NCBI RefSeq assembly: GCF_003966335.1 | Contig: NZ_CP034549.1 | Coordinates: 2,280,001-2,312,000 of the forward strand | Reading direction: 5' to 3' | Source: Nonlabens ponticola | Lineage (GTDB): Bacteria; Bacteroidota; Bacteroidia; Flavobacteriales; Flavobacteriaceae | Length of the DNA stretch: 32,000 bases | Shown here: piece by piece, positions 1 to 8,673 of the stretch | How positions within the stretch are numbered: position 1 is the stretch's first letter | Layout: each line of letters starts with the position of its first letter | The notes under the pieces: model-generated | Told to the model about the DNA's origin: nothing | Seen by the model: only the letters and a program-made list of their open reading frames with translations | Database searches by the model: none | Position numbers and translations under genes: made by a program

Positions 1-20
1 TGATCTAGAGTTCTAAAGCG

Positions 21-53
21 AAAAAGCCTGAAACTTAAAGTCTCAGGCTTTTT
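21..53 (-). terminator. Intrinsic terminator, bidirectional in appearance, downstream of the outer-membrane protein gene
   Basis: Stem AAGCCTGA (24-31) pairs with TCAGGCTT (43-50). An A-run lies on one side and a T-run on the other. It sits about 20 nt past the stop of the minus-strand ORF that ends at 74. Confidence 0.6.
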
Positions 54-73
54 GATTTGAATTGTTTTAGTAA

Positions 74-646
74 TTACAATCTATAGGATATTCCTATTTG
101 GTAAAATCTATTTTCTGCGTTGAAACCTTGATTTTCTAGGCTACCTTCAAAAACATTAGTAAGTCCGTAACCGTATCTAGCGTCAATACTAAATCCATCA
201 AGAAACCTGAATCCTATACCACCAGTCGCCCATATATCGCTGTCATAGTAATCACCATCATCATTTTCTGAAACGTTGAGCGCATATTTTGCTCCAGCAT
301 TTACATAAAAGAAATCAGTAATATTAATCTGACCCAATAATCCACCACTAGCCCAATTTACTTTGAGATCCACTGGGTTGCCATTTTCTAGTATGAGGCG
401 ATCCTCTTTTACACCTAGGGCATCAAAACCTATCTCTGGTATTAGAGAAAAGGTTTTACCTAGCGGTATTTCTGCAAAGAAATAGACCGATGCGCCTATC
501 CTATTATCTGGATCGTCAAGAAGATCTGTATCAAGATCAGAATAATTGGCTCCTAGACGAAAACCATAAGCGGTCTCATTACGCACCTGCGCCGTTGTAA
601 AAAACGTCATCAATAATCCAGTGGTGAGAAGTAGATATTTGAACAT
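74..646 (-). CDS. Outer-membrane beta-barrel (porin-family) protein, 190 aa
   Basis: N-terminal signal peptide MFKYLLLTTGLLMTFFTTAQ. Alternating aromatic and polar beta-strand pattern, with Gly/Tyr/Phe-rich segments (GFRLGANY, IDARYGYGL) typical of small OM beta-barrels. Confidence 0.7.
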   Translation of the reverse strand: MFKYLLLTTGLLMTFFTTAQVRNETAYGFRLGANYSDLDTDLLDDPDNRIGASVYFFAEIPLGKTFSLIPEIGFDALGVKEDRLILENGNPVDLKVNWASGGLLGQINITDFFYVNAGAKYALNVSENDDGDYYDSDIWATGGIGFRFLDGFSIDARYGYGLTNVFEGSLENQGFNAENRFYQIGISYRL

Positions 647-692
647 ATCGTTGTTTTATAAATTGTTAGAGTAAAAATAGTCAATAATAAAA

Positions 693-1598
693 TTACTGCG
701 ACTTATCATATTTCTGATTGTATATAGACTTAATAATACCATCTGCTAGACCTATTTTAGGAACATGAATGTTTTTGGCCTCACTCCACTTCATAGCTCG
801 CAGATAAATACGACACGCTGGAATAATTACATCTGCCCTATCTTGATTAAGCGCTAGATGATAAATACGTTCTTCATAAGTATAACTCTGTAATTTCTCA
901 TAATAGGAACTCAAATAGAAATAAGATAATGGACTACCTACTGACTTACCGCTATTCTTGAAGATGTTATTGATATTTCCGCCAGAACCTATTAGTTCAA
1001 TTTTATTGTACGGCTTACAGACCTCTTTGATCCATTGCTCAGCTTCTTGCCATAAATGGCTCTTTACCATGTCATTGAGCAATCTCACGGTACCTATCTT
1101 AAAGGATCTGGAAACGATCGATTTACCGTCTGCGTATAAGGTAAATTCTGTACTACCACCACCTACGTCAACATATAGGTATACTTTGTTGACATCAATC
1201 ATATTGTGCAAGTCAGTCATTGCAATAATTGCAGCCTCGTGAGAACCATCGATGATCTCAATATCGATACCGCAGTTCTTCTTTATGACTTTGCTTATGT
1301 CAGGCCCATTACTCGCATCCCGCATGGCACTAGTAGCATAAGCCTTATATTCAAGGACGTTGTGTACAGACATCAATCTACTGTACGCCTGCATGGTGTC
1401 TAACATGCGTGACTTATTACGATCTGAAATCTTACCATCGGTAAAAACATCTTGACCTAATCTAATTGGCACACGTACCAGACTGGTCTTTTTAAATACA
1501 GGTGGTTGATCATCAAATTGATTAACCGTCGCAACTAGTAGTCTGATCGCATTAGATCCTATATCAATCGCTGCGTATTTTTCAGTCAAAAATCCCAT
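693..1598 (-). CDS. ppx: Ppx/GppA-family exopolyphosphatase (short form, 301 aa)
   Basis: ASKHA-fold phosphate-binding motifs AAIDIGSNAIRLLV and DVGGGSTEF. Its ATG overlaps the ppk1 stop codon (TAATG at 1596-1600). Confidence 0.85.
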   Translation of the reverse strand: MGFLTEKYAAIDIGSNAIRLLVATVNQFDDQPPVFKKTSLVRVPIRLGQDVFTDGKISDRNKSRMLDTMQAYSRLMSVHNVLEYKAYATSAMRDASNGPDISKVIKKNCGIDIEIIDGSHEAAIIAMTDLHNMIDVNKVYLYVDVGGGSTEFTLYADGKSIVSRSFKIGTVRLLNDMVKSHLWQEAEQWIKEVCKPYNKIELIGSGGNINNIFKNSGKSVGSPLSYFYLSSYYEKLQSYTYEERIYHLALNQDRADVIIPACRIYLRAMKWSEAKNIHVPKIGLADGIIKSIYNQKYDKSQ

Positions 1599-3643
1599 TA
1601 ATCTAATTGATTTTTATAATACTCATAAGTGGCATATTGAGATCGAACTGCCTCTTTTTTATTTTGGACATATGCATTGCTTTGGTCCTGATCAATGACT
1701 CGCGCTTTAACGTTGTCGTTCCAGCATATATCCATCGTCTCAAGTATTTCATTCTTGATGTCCTTATCATATATAGGACATGCTATTTCTACACGACTGT
1801 CTAGGTTTCTAGGCATGAAATCGGCACTTGAAATATAGAGTTTGGTATCTCCATCATTGTGGAAATAATAAACTCTAGGATGTTCTAGGTAACGATCAAC
1901 TACACTTATTGCTGTGATGTTTTCGCTCATACCTTTGACACCAGGAACTAGACAACATATTCCTCTAACAATAAGCTCGATTTTTACACCTGCATTAGAG
2001 GCTTTGTAGAACAGATCGATCATTTGAAAGTCTGAAAACGAATTGAGTTTTAAACGTATATGTGCTTTTTTTCCTGCTTTCGCGAAAGCTATCTCACGAT
2101 TGACAGCTTGCGTTATTCCAGCCCTTAAATTATGTGGGCTTACCATCAAGTGCTTATAATTGTGCTGCTTATAATTCACTTCAAAAAATTGAAATACCTT
2201 CTCAACTTCCTTAAGAATCTTTTTATTGCAGGTGAATAAGGTGTAATCTGTGTAAATTCCTGCTGTTGACTCGTTGAAATTTCCTGTCGAAATAAAACCA
2301 TAGCGAGCAAGCTTCTTACCTTCTCTTCTCGTGACGACACATGCCTTACAATGTACTTTCAATCCAGGCACACCAAATATCATGGCAATACCTTCTTCCT
2401 GCATTAGCTCTGCATAATTGATATTTGCCTGCTCATCAAATCGAGCTTGCAGCTCTATGGATACCGTAACTCGTTTGTTATTACGGGCAGCATTTATCAA
2501 TGACCCAGCAATCTGAGAAACCTCAGCCAATCTATAGATGGTGATCTTTATTTCTTCCACCTGAGGATCTAGAGCAGCTTCTCGCAAGAATTTTGTGGTA
2601 TTGGCAAAGGTGTGATATGGTGCGTACTGCAAGATGTCCTTGTGAGCGATCTTCTTGAGCAATGACCCTTTAATATCTACATTCTTTATAGGTAATGGCG
2701 TTTGCTTTTCATAAAGCAAGTCGGTGCGTCCCAAACTAGGAAATTTCAAGTAATCACGCCTATTGTGATAACGACCGCTAGGAATTATGGAATCGGTATC
2801 ATCAATATCTAATTTTGACATGATCAGGTTGATGGTATCCTCATGAATAGTCCTGTCATAAACAAATCTTACTGGATCTCCATCTTTTCTATCATAAACG
2901 CTGTCTCGAATTTTTTCCAGCAAGCTCTTTTTTAAATCAAGATCAATATCAAGTTCAGCATCTAGGGTAACCTTAATCATGTGCGCCTCAATACTCGTGT
3001 AATCAAAAATGCTGAATAGGTAATGCATTCTATGACGTATCAAATCGTCAATGAGCATCACGTACTGCTTACCATCATTGATGTCTGGTAATGTTACAAA
3101 CCTATTAAGGTGTCTAGGCTTTTCAATCAATGCTAGTTTTGGTTCAGAATTTTCAAATTCCATACGCACTGCCAGATATCCCATTCCATCACGCAAGGGT
3201 GGCAAGTCAGCATCCTTATTTATCATAATCACTCCTAATGCTGGACTGATTTTCTCGTTAAAGTAATTTCTAATGTATGGCTCGTGTTCTTTGAGAACTT
3301 CAGTCTCATCGAGGATAATAATATTTTCTTTGCGCAGCTCTTCTTCTAGCTCATTAAGAATTTGGAAACTTAAGGTTTGATCCTCAATAACCATCTTATT
3401 GATTTCATTTAATAGATCGCCAGCGCTTATACCGCCTAGGGATTTGGTTGCATTTTTTCCCGCACGATAGATACGCTGTATGGTCGCATATCGCACCTTG
3501 AAAAACTCATCTAGATTATTAGAGAAAATCCCTAGAAATCGCAATCGTTCAATCAATGGAACACTAGGATCGTTTGCTTCCTGTAAAACACGCGCATTGA
3601 AACGCAACCAGCTCAACTCTCTATTATAATATTGTGGTGTCAT
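1598..3643 (-). CDS. ppk: Polyphosphate kinase 1
   Basis: 681 aa. N-terminus YYNRELSWLRFNARVLQEA and the overall length and architecture are classic PPK1. Confidence 0.95.
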   Translation of the reverse strand: MTPQYYNRELSWLRFNARVLQEANDPSVPLIERLRFLGIFSNNLDEFFKVRYATIQRIYRAGKNATKSLGGISAGDLLNEINKMVIEDQTLSFQILNELEEELRKENIIILDETEVLKEHEPYIRNYFNEKISPALGVIMINKDADLPPLRDGMGYLAVRMEFENSEPKLALIEKPRHLNRFVTLPDINDGKQYVMLIDDLIRHRMHYLFSIFDYTSIEAHMIKVTLDAELDIDLDLKKSLLEKIRDSVYDRKDGDPVRFVYDRTIHEDTINLIMSKLDIDDTDSIIPSGRYHNRRDYLKFPSLGRTDLLYEKQTPLPIKNVDIKGSLLKKIAHKDILQYAPYHTFANTTKFLREAALDPQVEEIKITIYRLAEVSQIAGSLINAARNNKRVTVSIELQARFDEQANINYAELMQEEGIAMIFGVPGLKVHCKACVVTRREGKKLARYGFISTGNFNESTAGIYTDYTLFTCNKKILKEVEKVFQFFEVNYKQHNYKHLMVSPHNLRAGITQAVNREIAFAKAGKKAHIRLKLNSFSDFQMIDLFYKASNAGVKIELIVRGICCLVPGVKGMSENITAISVVDRYLEHPRVYYFHNDGDTKLYISSADFMPRNLDSRVEIACPIYDKDIKNEILETMDICWNDNVKARVIDQDQSNAYVQNKKEAVRSQYATYEYYKNQLD
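2076..2089. repeat. Copy of the 14-bp palindrome GCTTTCGCGAAAGC, inside ppk
   Basis: Exact match. Read on the coding strand as GCT TTC GCG AAA GC, giving AFAK(A) in REIAFAKAGKK. Confidence 0.95.
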
Positions 3644-4125
3644 CGTATTTGTTTGGGGAATAAATGAAAAGCCGTTGTGCCTGATGTCAGGTCACTCCAT
3701 TTTGGGATATCAAAATCAATGACTACCACTCCTGTGGTAGGTACATTATCAAATCTGGTAGAACCATACTGATTGGCAAACTCAGTCAAGCCATGATTAT
3801 GAGAAAAAACGAGAAGCGTGTCAACCTCATTAGTCACTTCTTTAATAGCAACTGCTAGTTCATTGCTATCAAATGTGTAAAGGCTCCTGTTTAATTTTAA
3901 AGAACTTAGATTATAATCTAGATACTCAGTAACGATGGTTGCTGTTTGCAGTGCTCGTGCAGCTGGACTACTCATGATCAAGTCTGGCTTGAGGCTTGTT
4001 TTCAATAAAGCCTTACCTATTAAATGACCATCTTCAACGCCGCGCTGTTGTAGGACACGATCGTAATCACGCACATTAAGATCCCAAGAAGACTTGCCAT
4101 GACGTATGAGGATCAACTTCTTCAT
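3640..4125 (-). CDS. sixA: SixA-like histidine phosphatase superfamily protein
   Basis: LILIRHGKS (RHG catalytic motif) and a later SHNHG motif. I prefer the ATG at 4125 (MKKLILIRHG) because it forms an ATGA overlap with the pdxH stop. The ORF track's longer start at 4149 would overlap pdxH by 28 nt. The stop forms a second ATGA overlap with the ppk start at 3640-3643. Confidence 0.8.
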   Translation of the reverse strand: MKKLILIRHGKSSWDLNVRDYDRVLQQRGVEDGHLIGKALLKTSLKPDLIMSSPAARALQTATIVTEYLDYNLSSLKLNRSLYTFDSNELAVAIKEVTNEVDTLLVFSHNHGLTEFANQYGSTRFDNVPTTGVVVIDFDIPKWSDLTSGTTAFHLFPKQIR

Positions 4126-4772
4126 GGTGCCAATCTTTTTGCTTGCCATTGATTATCAACTTTTTCAAACAAGAATCTATCATGCAAACGATTGGGCCTA
4201 CCCTGCCAGAATTCATAACTCACAGCTTTACATTCATATCCACCCCAAAAATCTGGTCGTGGAACATCAGTTCCCTCAAACTTTTTAGTATAAAATTGTT
4301 CAAGCGTTTCTAATTCTTCCCGAGAGCTAATGACAGAGCTTTGATGACTTGTCCATGCTCCTAGCTGACTTCCTCGTGGCCTCGAGTTAAAGTAATTAAT
4401 GGACTGTTCATCTGGAACCTTGGCTGCCATGGCTTTTATAATAATCTGTCTCTCTAATGCGGGCCAGAAAAAATGGATAGCCACATGAGAGTTTGCATCA
4501 ATCGCTTGTGCCTTTTCAGAGGTGTAATTTGTGTAAAAAACAAAACTGTCTTCTTGTTTTTCTTTAAGCAGGACAATTCGTGATTTAGGAAAACCATCGT
4601 CGCCTATCGTTACTATACCCATGGCATTTGCTTCTTCTATCTGATCATTAGAACGAGTTTCTTCAAACCATCGCTCGAACAATTCATATGGCTTACCGGG
4701 TAAACTACTTTCTAGAAGCGCGCTTTTTTCATAGGATTTGCGCAATTCATTCAATTGTTTCTCCATGATCAA
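4122..4772 (-). CDS. pdxH: Pyridoxamine 5'-phosphate oxidase
   Basis: 216 aa. The motifs RIVLLKE, FVFYTNYTSEKA and EFWQGRPNRLHDR are characteristic of PdxH. The first codon is TTG and an ATG lies two codons in, so the exact start is uncertain. Confidence 0.9.
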   Translation of the reverse strand: MIMEKQLNELRKSYEKSALLESSLPGKPYELFERWFEETRSNDQIEEANAMGIVTIGDDGFPKSRIVLLKEKQEDSFVFYTNYTSEKAQAIDANSHVAIHFFWPALERQIIIKAMAAKVPDEQSINYFNSRPRGSQLGAWTSHQSSVISSREELETLEQFYTKKFEGTDVPRPDFWGGYECKAVSYEFWQGRPNRLHDRFLFEKVDNQWQAKRLAP

Positions 4773-4876
4773 TCTTTACTGCAATTTAAGGATTTGGCTT
4801 TACAATTATACCGCTTGCAGTAATAGCCTTTACTAGAAAAAGAAAGATGTTCTAGGGCAGTATTAGTCGGTATCTC

Positions 4877-4890
4877 GCTTTCGCGAAAGC
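4877..4890. repeat. Copy of the 14-bp palindrome GCTTTCGCGAAAGC, intergenic, upstream of pdxH
   Basis: Exact match, extended to the 16-bp palindrome CGCTTTCGCGAAAGCG. About 105 bp upstream of the pdxH start. Coordinates between 4741 and 5322 may be off by 1 (see noticed_but_rejected). Confidence 0.9.
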
Positions 4891-4940
4891 GGAATCAAGA
4901 AAAACAACTCTGCTATCGATTATCAGAAAACTCGAAAACT

Positions 4941-4972
4941 AAAAAAGCCTATCAAACAAGGTTTGATAGGCT
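4941..4972 (-). terminator. Intrinsic terminator of the tRNA-Ser/tRNA-Pro transcription unit
   Basis: 12-bp stem AGCCTATCAAAC / GTTTGATAGGCT with a 3-nt loop. On the minus strand it is followed by a T5 run. Lies about 28 nt downstream of the tRNA-Pro 3' end. Confidence 0.65.
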
Positions 4973-4999
4973 TTATGACTCAATCCATACAGATTTTTG

Positions 5000-5074
5000 T
5001 CGGGGTGGCAGGATTCGAACCTGCGACCTCCTCGTCCCAAACGAGGCGCGATGACCGGGCTACGCTACACCCCG
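5000..5074 (-). tRNA. tRNA-Pro (anticodon TGG)
   Basis: The reverse complement reads CGGGGTGTAGCGTAGCCCGGTCATCGCGCCTCGTTTGGGACGAGGAGGTCGCAGGTTCGAATCCTGCCACCCCGA. It folds as a cloverleaf with anticodon stem CCTCG/CGAGG, loop TTTGGGA and a GGTTCGAATCC T-arm. CCA is not encoded. Confidence 0.9.
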
Positions 5075-5149
5075 AATTTTATTATAATCAGTTCGGGTAC
5101 TGAGTGAGTCTTTTCTGGTTAAAAACTTCTTCCTGAAAAGGTCTCTTTG

Positions 5150-5233
5150 CGGAGAGACAGGGATTCGAACCCTGGCGACGGTTGCCCGTCGACAGATTAG
5201 CAATCTGCTCCATTACCACTCTGGCACCTCTCC
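5150..5233 (-). tRNA. tRNA-Ser (anticodon GCT), long variable arm
   Basis: The reverse complement reads GGAGAGGTGCCAGAGTGGTAATGGAGCAGATTGCTAATCTGTCGACGGGCAACCGTCGCCAGGGTTCGAATCCCTGTCTCTCCG. Anticodon loop TTGCTAA, long variable stem-loop CGACGG/CCGTCG, T-arm CAGGGTTCGAATCCCTG. Confidence 0.9.
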
Positions 5234-5273
5234 TAAATATTTAAAGAACTATGCTTATTTCTCAAAGCGGTTG

Positions 5274-5304
5274 CAAATGTAATCTATGTTTATGACCTGC
5301 CAAA
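5274..5304 (-). promoter_or_regulatory. Bacteroidota sigma-A type promoter for the tRNA operon (TTTG-N19-TAcaTTTG)
   Basis: On the minus strand, TTTG (5304-5301) is followed after 19 nt by TACATTTG (5281-5274). The box lies about 40 nt upstream of the tRNA-Ser 5' end. It matches the established -33 TTTG / -7 TAnnTTTG consensus of Bacteroides and Flavobacterium promoters. Confidence 0.5.
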
Positions 5305-5322
5305 CATAAATTTATCTTTTTT

Positions 5323-7368
5323 CTATTCTGGATATTCAATGCGTAAATGATACATCCCAGCGAGCTTTTTCTTTATCACCGCCTTGAGCAACTCAATTTG
5401 TTTAAAAGTAATATCTGCATTTAAAAATTGTCCGGCTGCAATCTGGCTATCAATAATACTATCGACTAGTTTATCAATAGCAGCACTGGTAGGCGTTTTC
5501 AAACTTTTGGAAGCGGCCTCGACACTATCTGAAATCATTAGAATTGCCGTCTCAGGACTGAATGGTCGTGGGCCTGGATACTGATAGTCTGCGGTATCAA
5601 TATCTGGGTTGATATTTTGAGCCTTTTTAAGAAAATAATATACCGTGTTGTCGCCGTGGTGTGTTCTTATAAAATCAATGATACGATCAGGTAACTTATA
5701 CTTTTTGGCGATTTCTATACCATTAATGACATGATCAATGATGATCTCTGCACTTTCCTCAGGATCGAGATCATCGTGCGGATTGATTCCACTGCCTTGA
5801 TTTTCGGTAAAGTAGGTTGGATTTCTCATCTTACCTATATCGTGATATAAGGCTCCTACCCTAACTAACATCGCATTTGCTCCTATTTCATTAGCAGCCG
5901 TCTCTGCAATATTTGCCACATTTAATGAGTGATGAAATGTTCCAGGTGCATTATTTGAGAGTTCTTTCAACAATTTAGAATTAGTATCAGACAGCTCTAG
6001 CAAACTTACATCGCTAACCATATTGAACATTTTTTCAAACACATAAATCAATGGCCATACAAATAGCATTGCCAGACCACACAGGACAAAATAAAGCACT
6101 CTATCCCATTCCCAGCCGCTTACACCACCTTGATAAATAGCGTAAAACGCAAAGTAAGACACAAAGTAAACGCCCACAATCTGGCTTACCGTTACAAACA
6201 GATTTGCTCGTTTATAAATCTCTTTACCCGATAAAATAGTAACGATACCTGCCATCATTTGTAAAAACAAATATTCACCACTAGAGGGCACCACAAAACT
6301 CAAGATAAAAATGATAATCACATGGCTGAACAATCCTAATCGCGCATCAAAAAAGGCTTTAAGAATCAAAGGCAACATACAAACCGGTACGATATATATA
6401 TAATCAATGTTAAGCTTGAGAACCACTGATGTCAACACAGCAAATAAGCACAAGTTAAAATAAATGAATGCCAGCTTCTTATTGGTAGCGTACACAGCTG
6501 GTCTGTATTTATAAACAAATAGTAATAACATGGTGTACGCCATACCTACAAGAACCAGATAACCGGTAAGCTTCCAATTATACTGAGACTCTGTCCATGT
6601 TTGAGACTCATAACTACTGTTCAATGTTTCTAGGATACGCAATTTGCGTCCTTCCACAATTTCGCCTTGAGCGATAATCCTAGCATTTTGAGCAACCAGT
6701 CCTTGAGTGGGCAAGATCTTATCAAGCTCGCTTTGAATGTTTAAGTCCGTAAGCTGTTGATCAAAAAACACATTGGGTTTAAGTACCAGCAGTAACCGTT
6801 TTCTCAATCTATCTTGTAGTGCAATGTTTGAGATAGACAGTAAATCTTGACGTATGATTTCTTGTAATTCCTCAGGAATTATGAGATCATCATAGGCCAG
6901 CTGCGTGGAATTATCCTCATTCTTGAGTACAATCGGACTAATCCCTTCAAGATCCTGAGTATCCTCAAGATAACCACGCTCGTATACCTGCTTTAAGGAT
7001 CTCTCAAGATTCTTGATGACTGGTCTCACTTCCTTTTTATATGTACTATCAGGAAGACTTGTTCTTATCGCTTCCTGCCATCCTTCAAAAGCTGTATTAT
7101 ATTTAAAAGGTTCCTTGTAAAAATGTCGTGGCGTTTGTGCAATTATCTCGGCCCTATCTTCTTTTAATTGTTGCTCACTCTTGAGTATAGGGAATTTGTA
7201 GGGTGCATAAAGTGTCTCATATTCCCATGGCTCACCTTCTACATAATCATATTTGAAACGATCACTTTTTGGAAAAAAGTAAACTGTTACCGCAGTAGAA
7301 AACATGACCAGCAAAATCTTGATGATTAAATCCTGCTGGGCGTACCATTTGATATTATTCAACTTCAT
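5323..7368 (-). CDS. 7TM-receptor HD/HDIG-domain phosphohydrolase (PgpH-like architecture)
   Basis: 681 aa. One N-terminal TM segment, a large extracytoplasmic domain, a block of about 7 hydrophobic helices, then an HD domain with HHSLNVA and LYHDIGK motifs. Confidence 0.85.
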   Translation of the reverse strand: MKLNNIKWYAQQDLIIKILLVMFSTAVTVYFFPKSDRFKYDYVEGEPWEYETLYAPYKFPILKSEQQLKEDRAEIIAQTPRHFYKEPFKYNTAFEGWQEAIRTSLPDSTYKKEVRPVIKNLERSLKQVYERGYLEDTQDLEGISPIVLKNEDNSTQLAYDDLIIPEELQEIIRQDLLSISNIALQDRLRKRLLLVLKPNVFFDQQLTDLNIQSELDKILPTQGLVAQNARIIAQGEIVEGRKLRILETLNSSYESQTWTESQYNWKLTGYLVLVGMAYTMLLLFVYKYRPAVYATNKKLAFIYFNLCLFAVLTSVVLKLNIDYIYIVPVCMLPLILKAFFDARLGLFSHVIIIFILSFVVPSSGEYLFLQMMAGIVTILSGKEIYKRANLFVTVSQIVGVYFVSYFAFYAIYQGGVSGWEWDRVLYFVLCGLAMLFVWPLIYVFEKMFNMVSDVSLLELSDTNSKLLKELSNNAPGTFHHSLNVANIAETAANEIGANAMLVRVGALYHDIGKMRNPTYFTENQGSGINPHDDLDPEESAEIIIDHVINGIEIAKKYKLPDRIIDFIRTHHGDNTVYYFLKKAQNINPDIDTADYQYPGPRPFSPETAILMISDSVEAASKSLKTPTSAAIDKLVDSIIDSQIAAGQFLNADITFKQIELLKAVIKKKLAGMYHLRIEYPE

Positions 7369-7488
7369 TATTGCAAAGTAACTACATACTATTCATAATC
7401 AGGATGTTTTATTATTGGAAGTTTGACATTGTCCCATCCTTAGTAATAAAGAGGTATAATCCTTATTTTCGCAGTAAAAATAAGATTG

Positions 7489-8664
7489 ATGAAAAAAGTA
7501 GTAATTGTTTCATATGCTAGAACACCAATAGGCTCATTTATGGGCGCTCTATCAGGCGTTCCTGCGACTCAATTAGGTTCTCATGCGATTAAAGGAGCTC
7601 TAGATAAAATTGATCTTGATCCTAGTGAGGTTCAAGAGGTTCTCATGGGCCACGTGGTACAGGCTGATACAGGGCAAGCACCTGCAAGGCAAGCTGCACT
7701 AGGTGCAGGTATTCATAAGAATGTACCATGTACTACGGTTAATAAGGTGTGCGCAAGTGGGATGAAAACCATCACCATGGCAGCTCAAGCAATTGCAGCA
7801 GGCGATTGCGAGGTAGTCGTCGCAGGTGGTATGGAAAATATGAGCCTGATACCTCATTATTCTTATATGAGAAAAGGGATCAAATTTGGTCCAGCTACTT
7901 TGACTGATGGTATGCAACGCGATGGACTAGTCGATGCCTATGATAAACAAGCCATGGGAACTTGTGCCGACCTCTGCGCTACAGAAAATGGTTTTTCTCG
8001 AGAAGATCAAGATGCATTTGCCATCCAATCTTATGAGCGTTCTAGAAAAGCTTGGGAATCGGGCAAATTTAATAATGAAGTTATCGCTGTTAACGTTCCA
8101 CAAAGACGTGGTGATGATCTCGTTGTTGATACTGATGAAGAATTTAGCAATGTAAGGATGGAGAAAATCCCAGCACTGCGACCAGCATTTACTAAAGACG
8201 GTACTGTTACCGCTGCCAATGCCAGTACCATTAATGATGGTGCGGCAGCCGTCGTTCTTATGAGTGAAGAAAAGGCTCAGGAATTAGGTCTTAAACCACT
8301 TGCAAGAGTGATAGCTTATGCAGATGCTGCTCTGGAACCAGAGCGTTTTACCATGGCTCCATCACTCGCAATACCCAAAGCTCTCAAAAAAGCAAATTTA
8401 TCTCTGGAAGACATTGATTATTTTGAGCTCAATGAGGCTTTTGCCGTTGTAGGTCTTGCTAATATGAAAGCACTAGGTATTAATGATTCTAATGTCAACG
8501 TTTATGGTGGCGCCGTTTCACTAGGCCATCCACTAGGTTGTAGTGGTACCCGCATCGTCAATACGCTACTTAGCACTCTTAAAAATGAGAACGGCAAGTA
8601 CGGTGTCGCGGGAATTTGTAATGGTGGCGGTGGCGCGACTGCAATAGTTCTTGAAGCCTTATAA
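7489..8664 (+). CDS. Acetyl-CoA C-acetyltransferase (thiolase II)
   Basis: Active-site context VNKVCASGMK, and C-terminal GHPLGCSGTR and CNGGGGA thiolase signatures. The ORF track starts at TTG 7486. The adjacent ATG at 7489 is the more likely start. Confidence 0.9.
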   Translation: MKKVVIVSYARTPIGSFMGALSGVPATQLGSHAIKGALDKIDLDPSEVQEVLMGHVVQADTGQAPARQAALGAGIHKNVPCTTVNKVCASGMKTITMAAQAIAAGDCEVVVAGGMENMSLIPHYSYMRKGIKFGPATLTDGMQRDGLVDAYDKQAMGTCADLCATENGFSREDQDAFAIQSYERSRKAWESGKFNNEVIAVNVPQRRGDDLVVDTDEEFSNVRMEKIPALRPAFTKDGTVTAANASTINDGAAAVVLMSEEKAQELGLKPLARVIAYADAALEPERFTMAPSLAIPKALKKANLSLEDIDYFELNEAFAVVGLANMKALGINDSNVNVYGGAVSLGHPLGCSGTRIVNTLLSTLKNENGKYGVAGICNGGGGATAIVLEAL

Positions 8665-8673
8665 ATAGCGCTC

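Noticed and set aside
4740-4773. By my manual count there is an extra G at the 4740/4741 line boundary. It would frameshift the first 11 codons of pdxH relative to the ORF track.
   Set aside because: The ORF track was computed from the same sequence and gives an uninterrupted 216-aa PdxH with a sensible N-terminus. Anchors on both sides (4122, 5323, 5384) agree with the printed coordinates. I therefore treat this as my own reading error rather than a pseudogene. As a consequence, my hand-derived coordinates between 4741 and 5322 (palindrome, terminator, tRNAs, promoter) may be off by 1.
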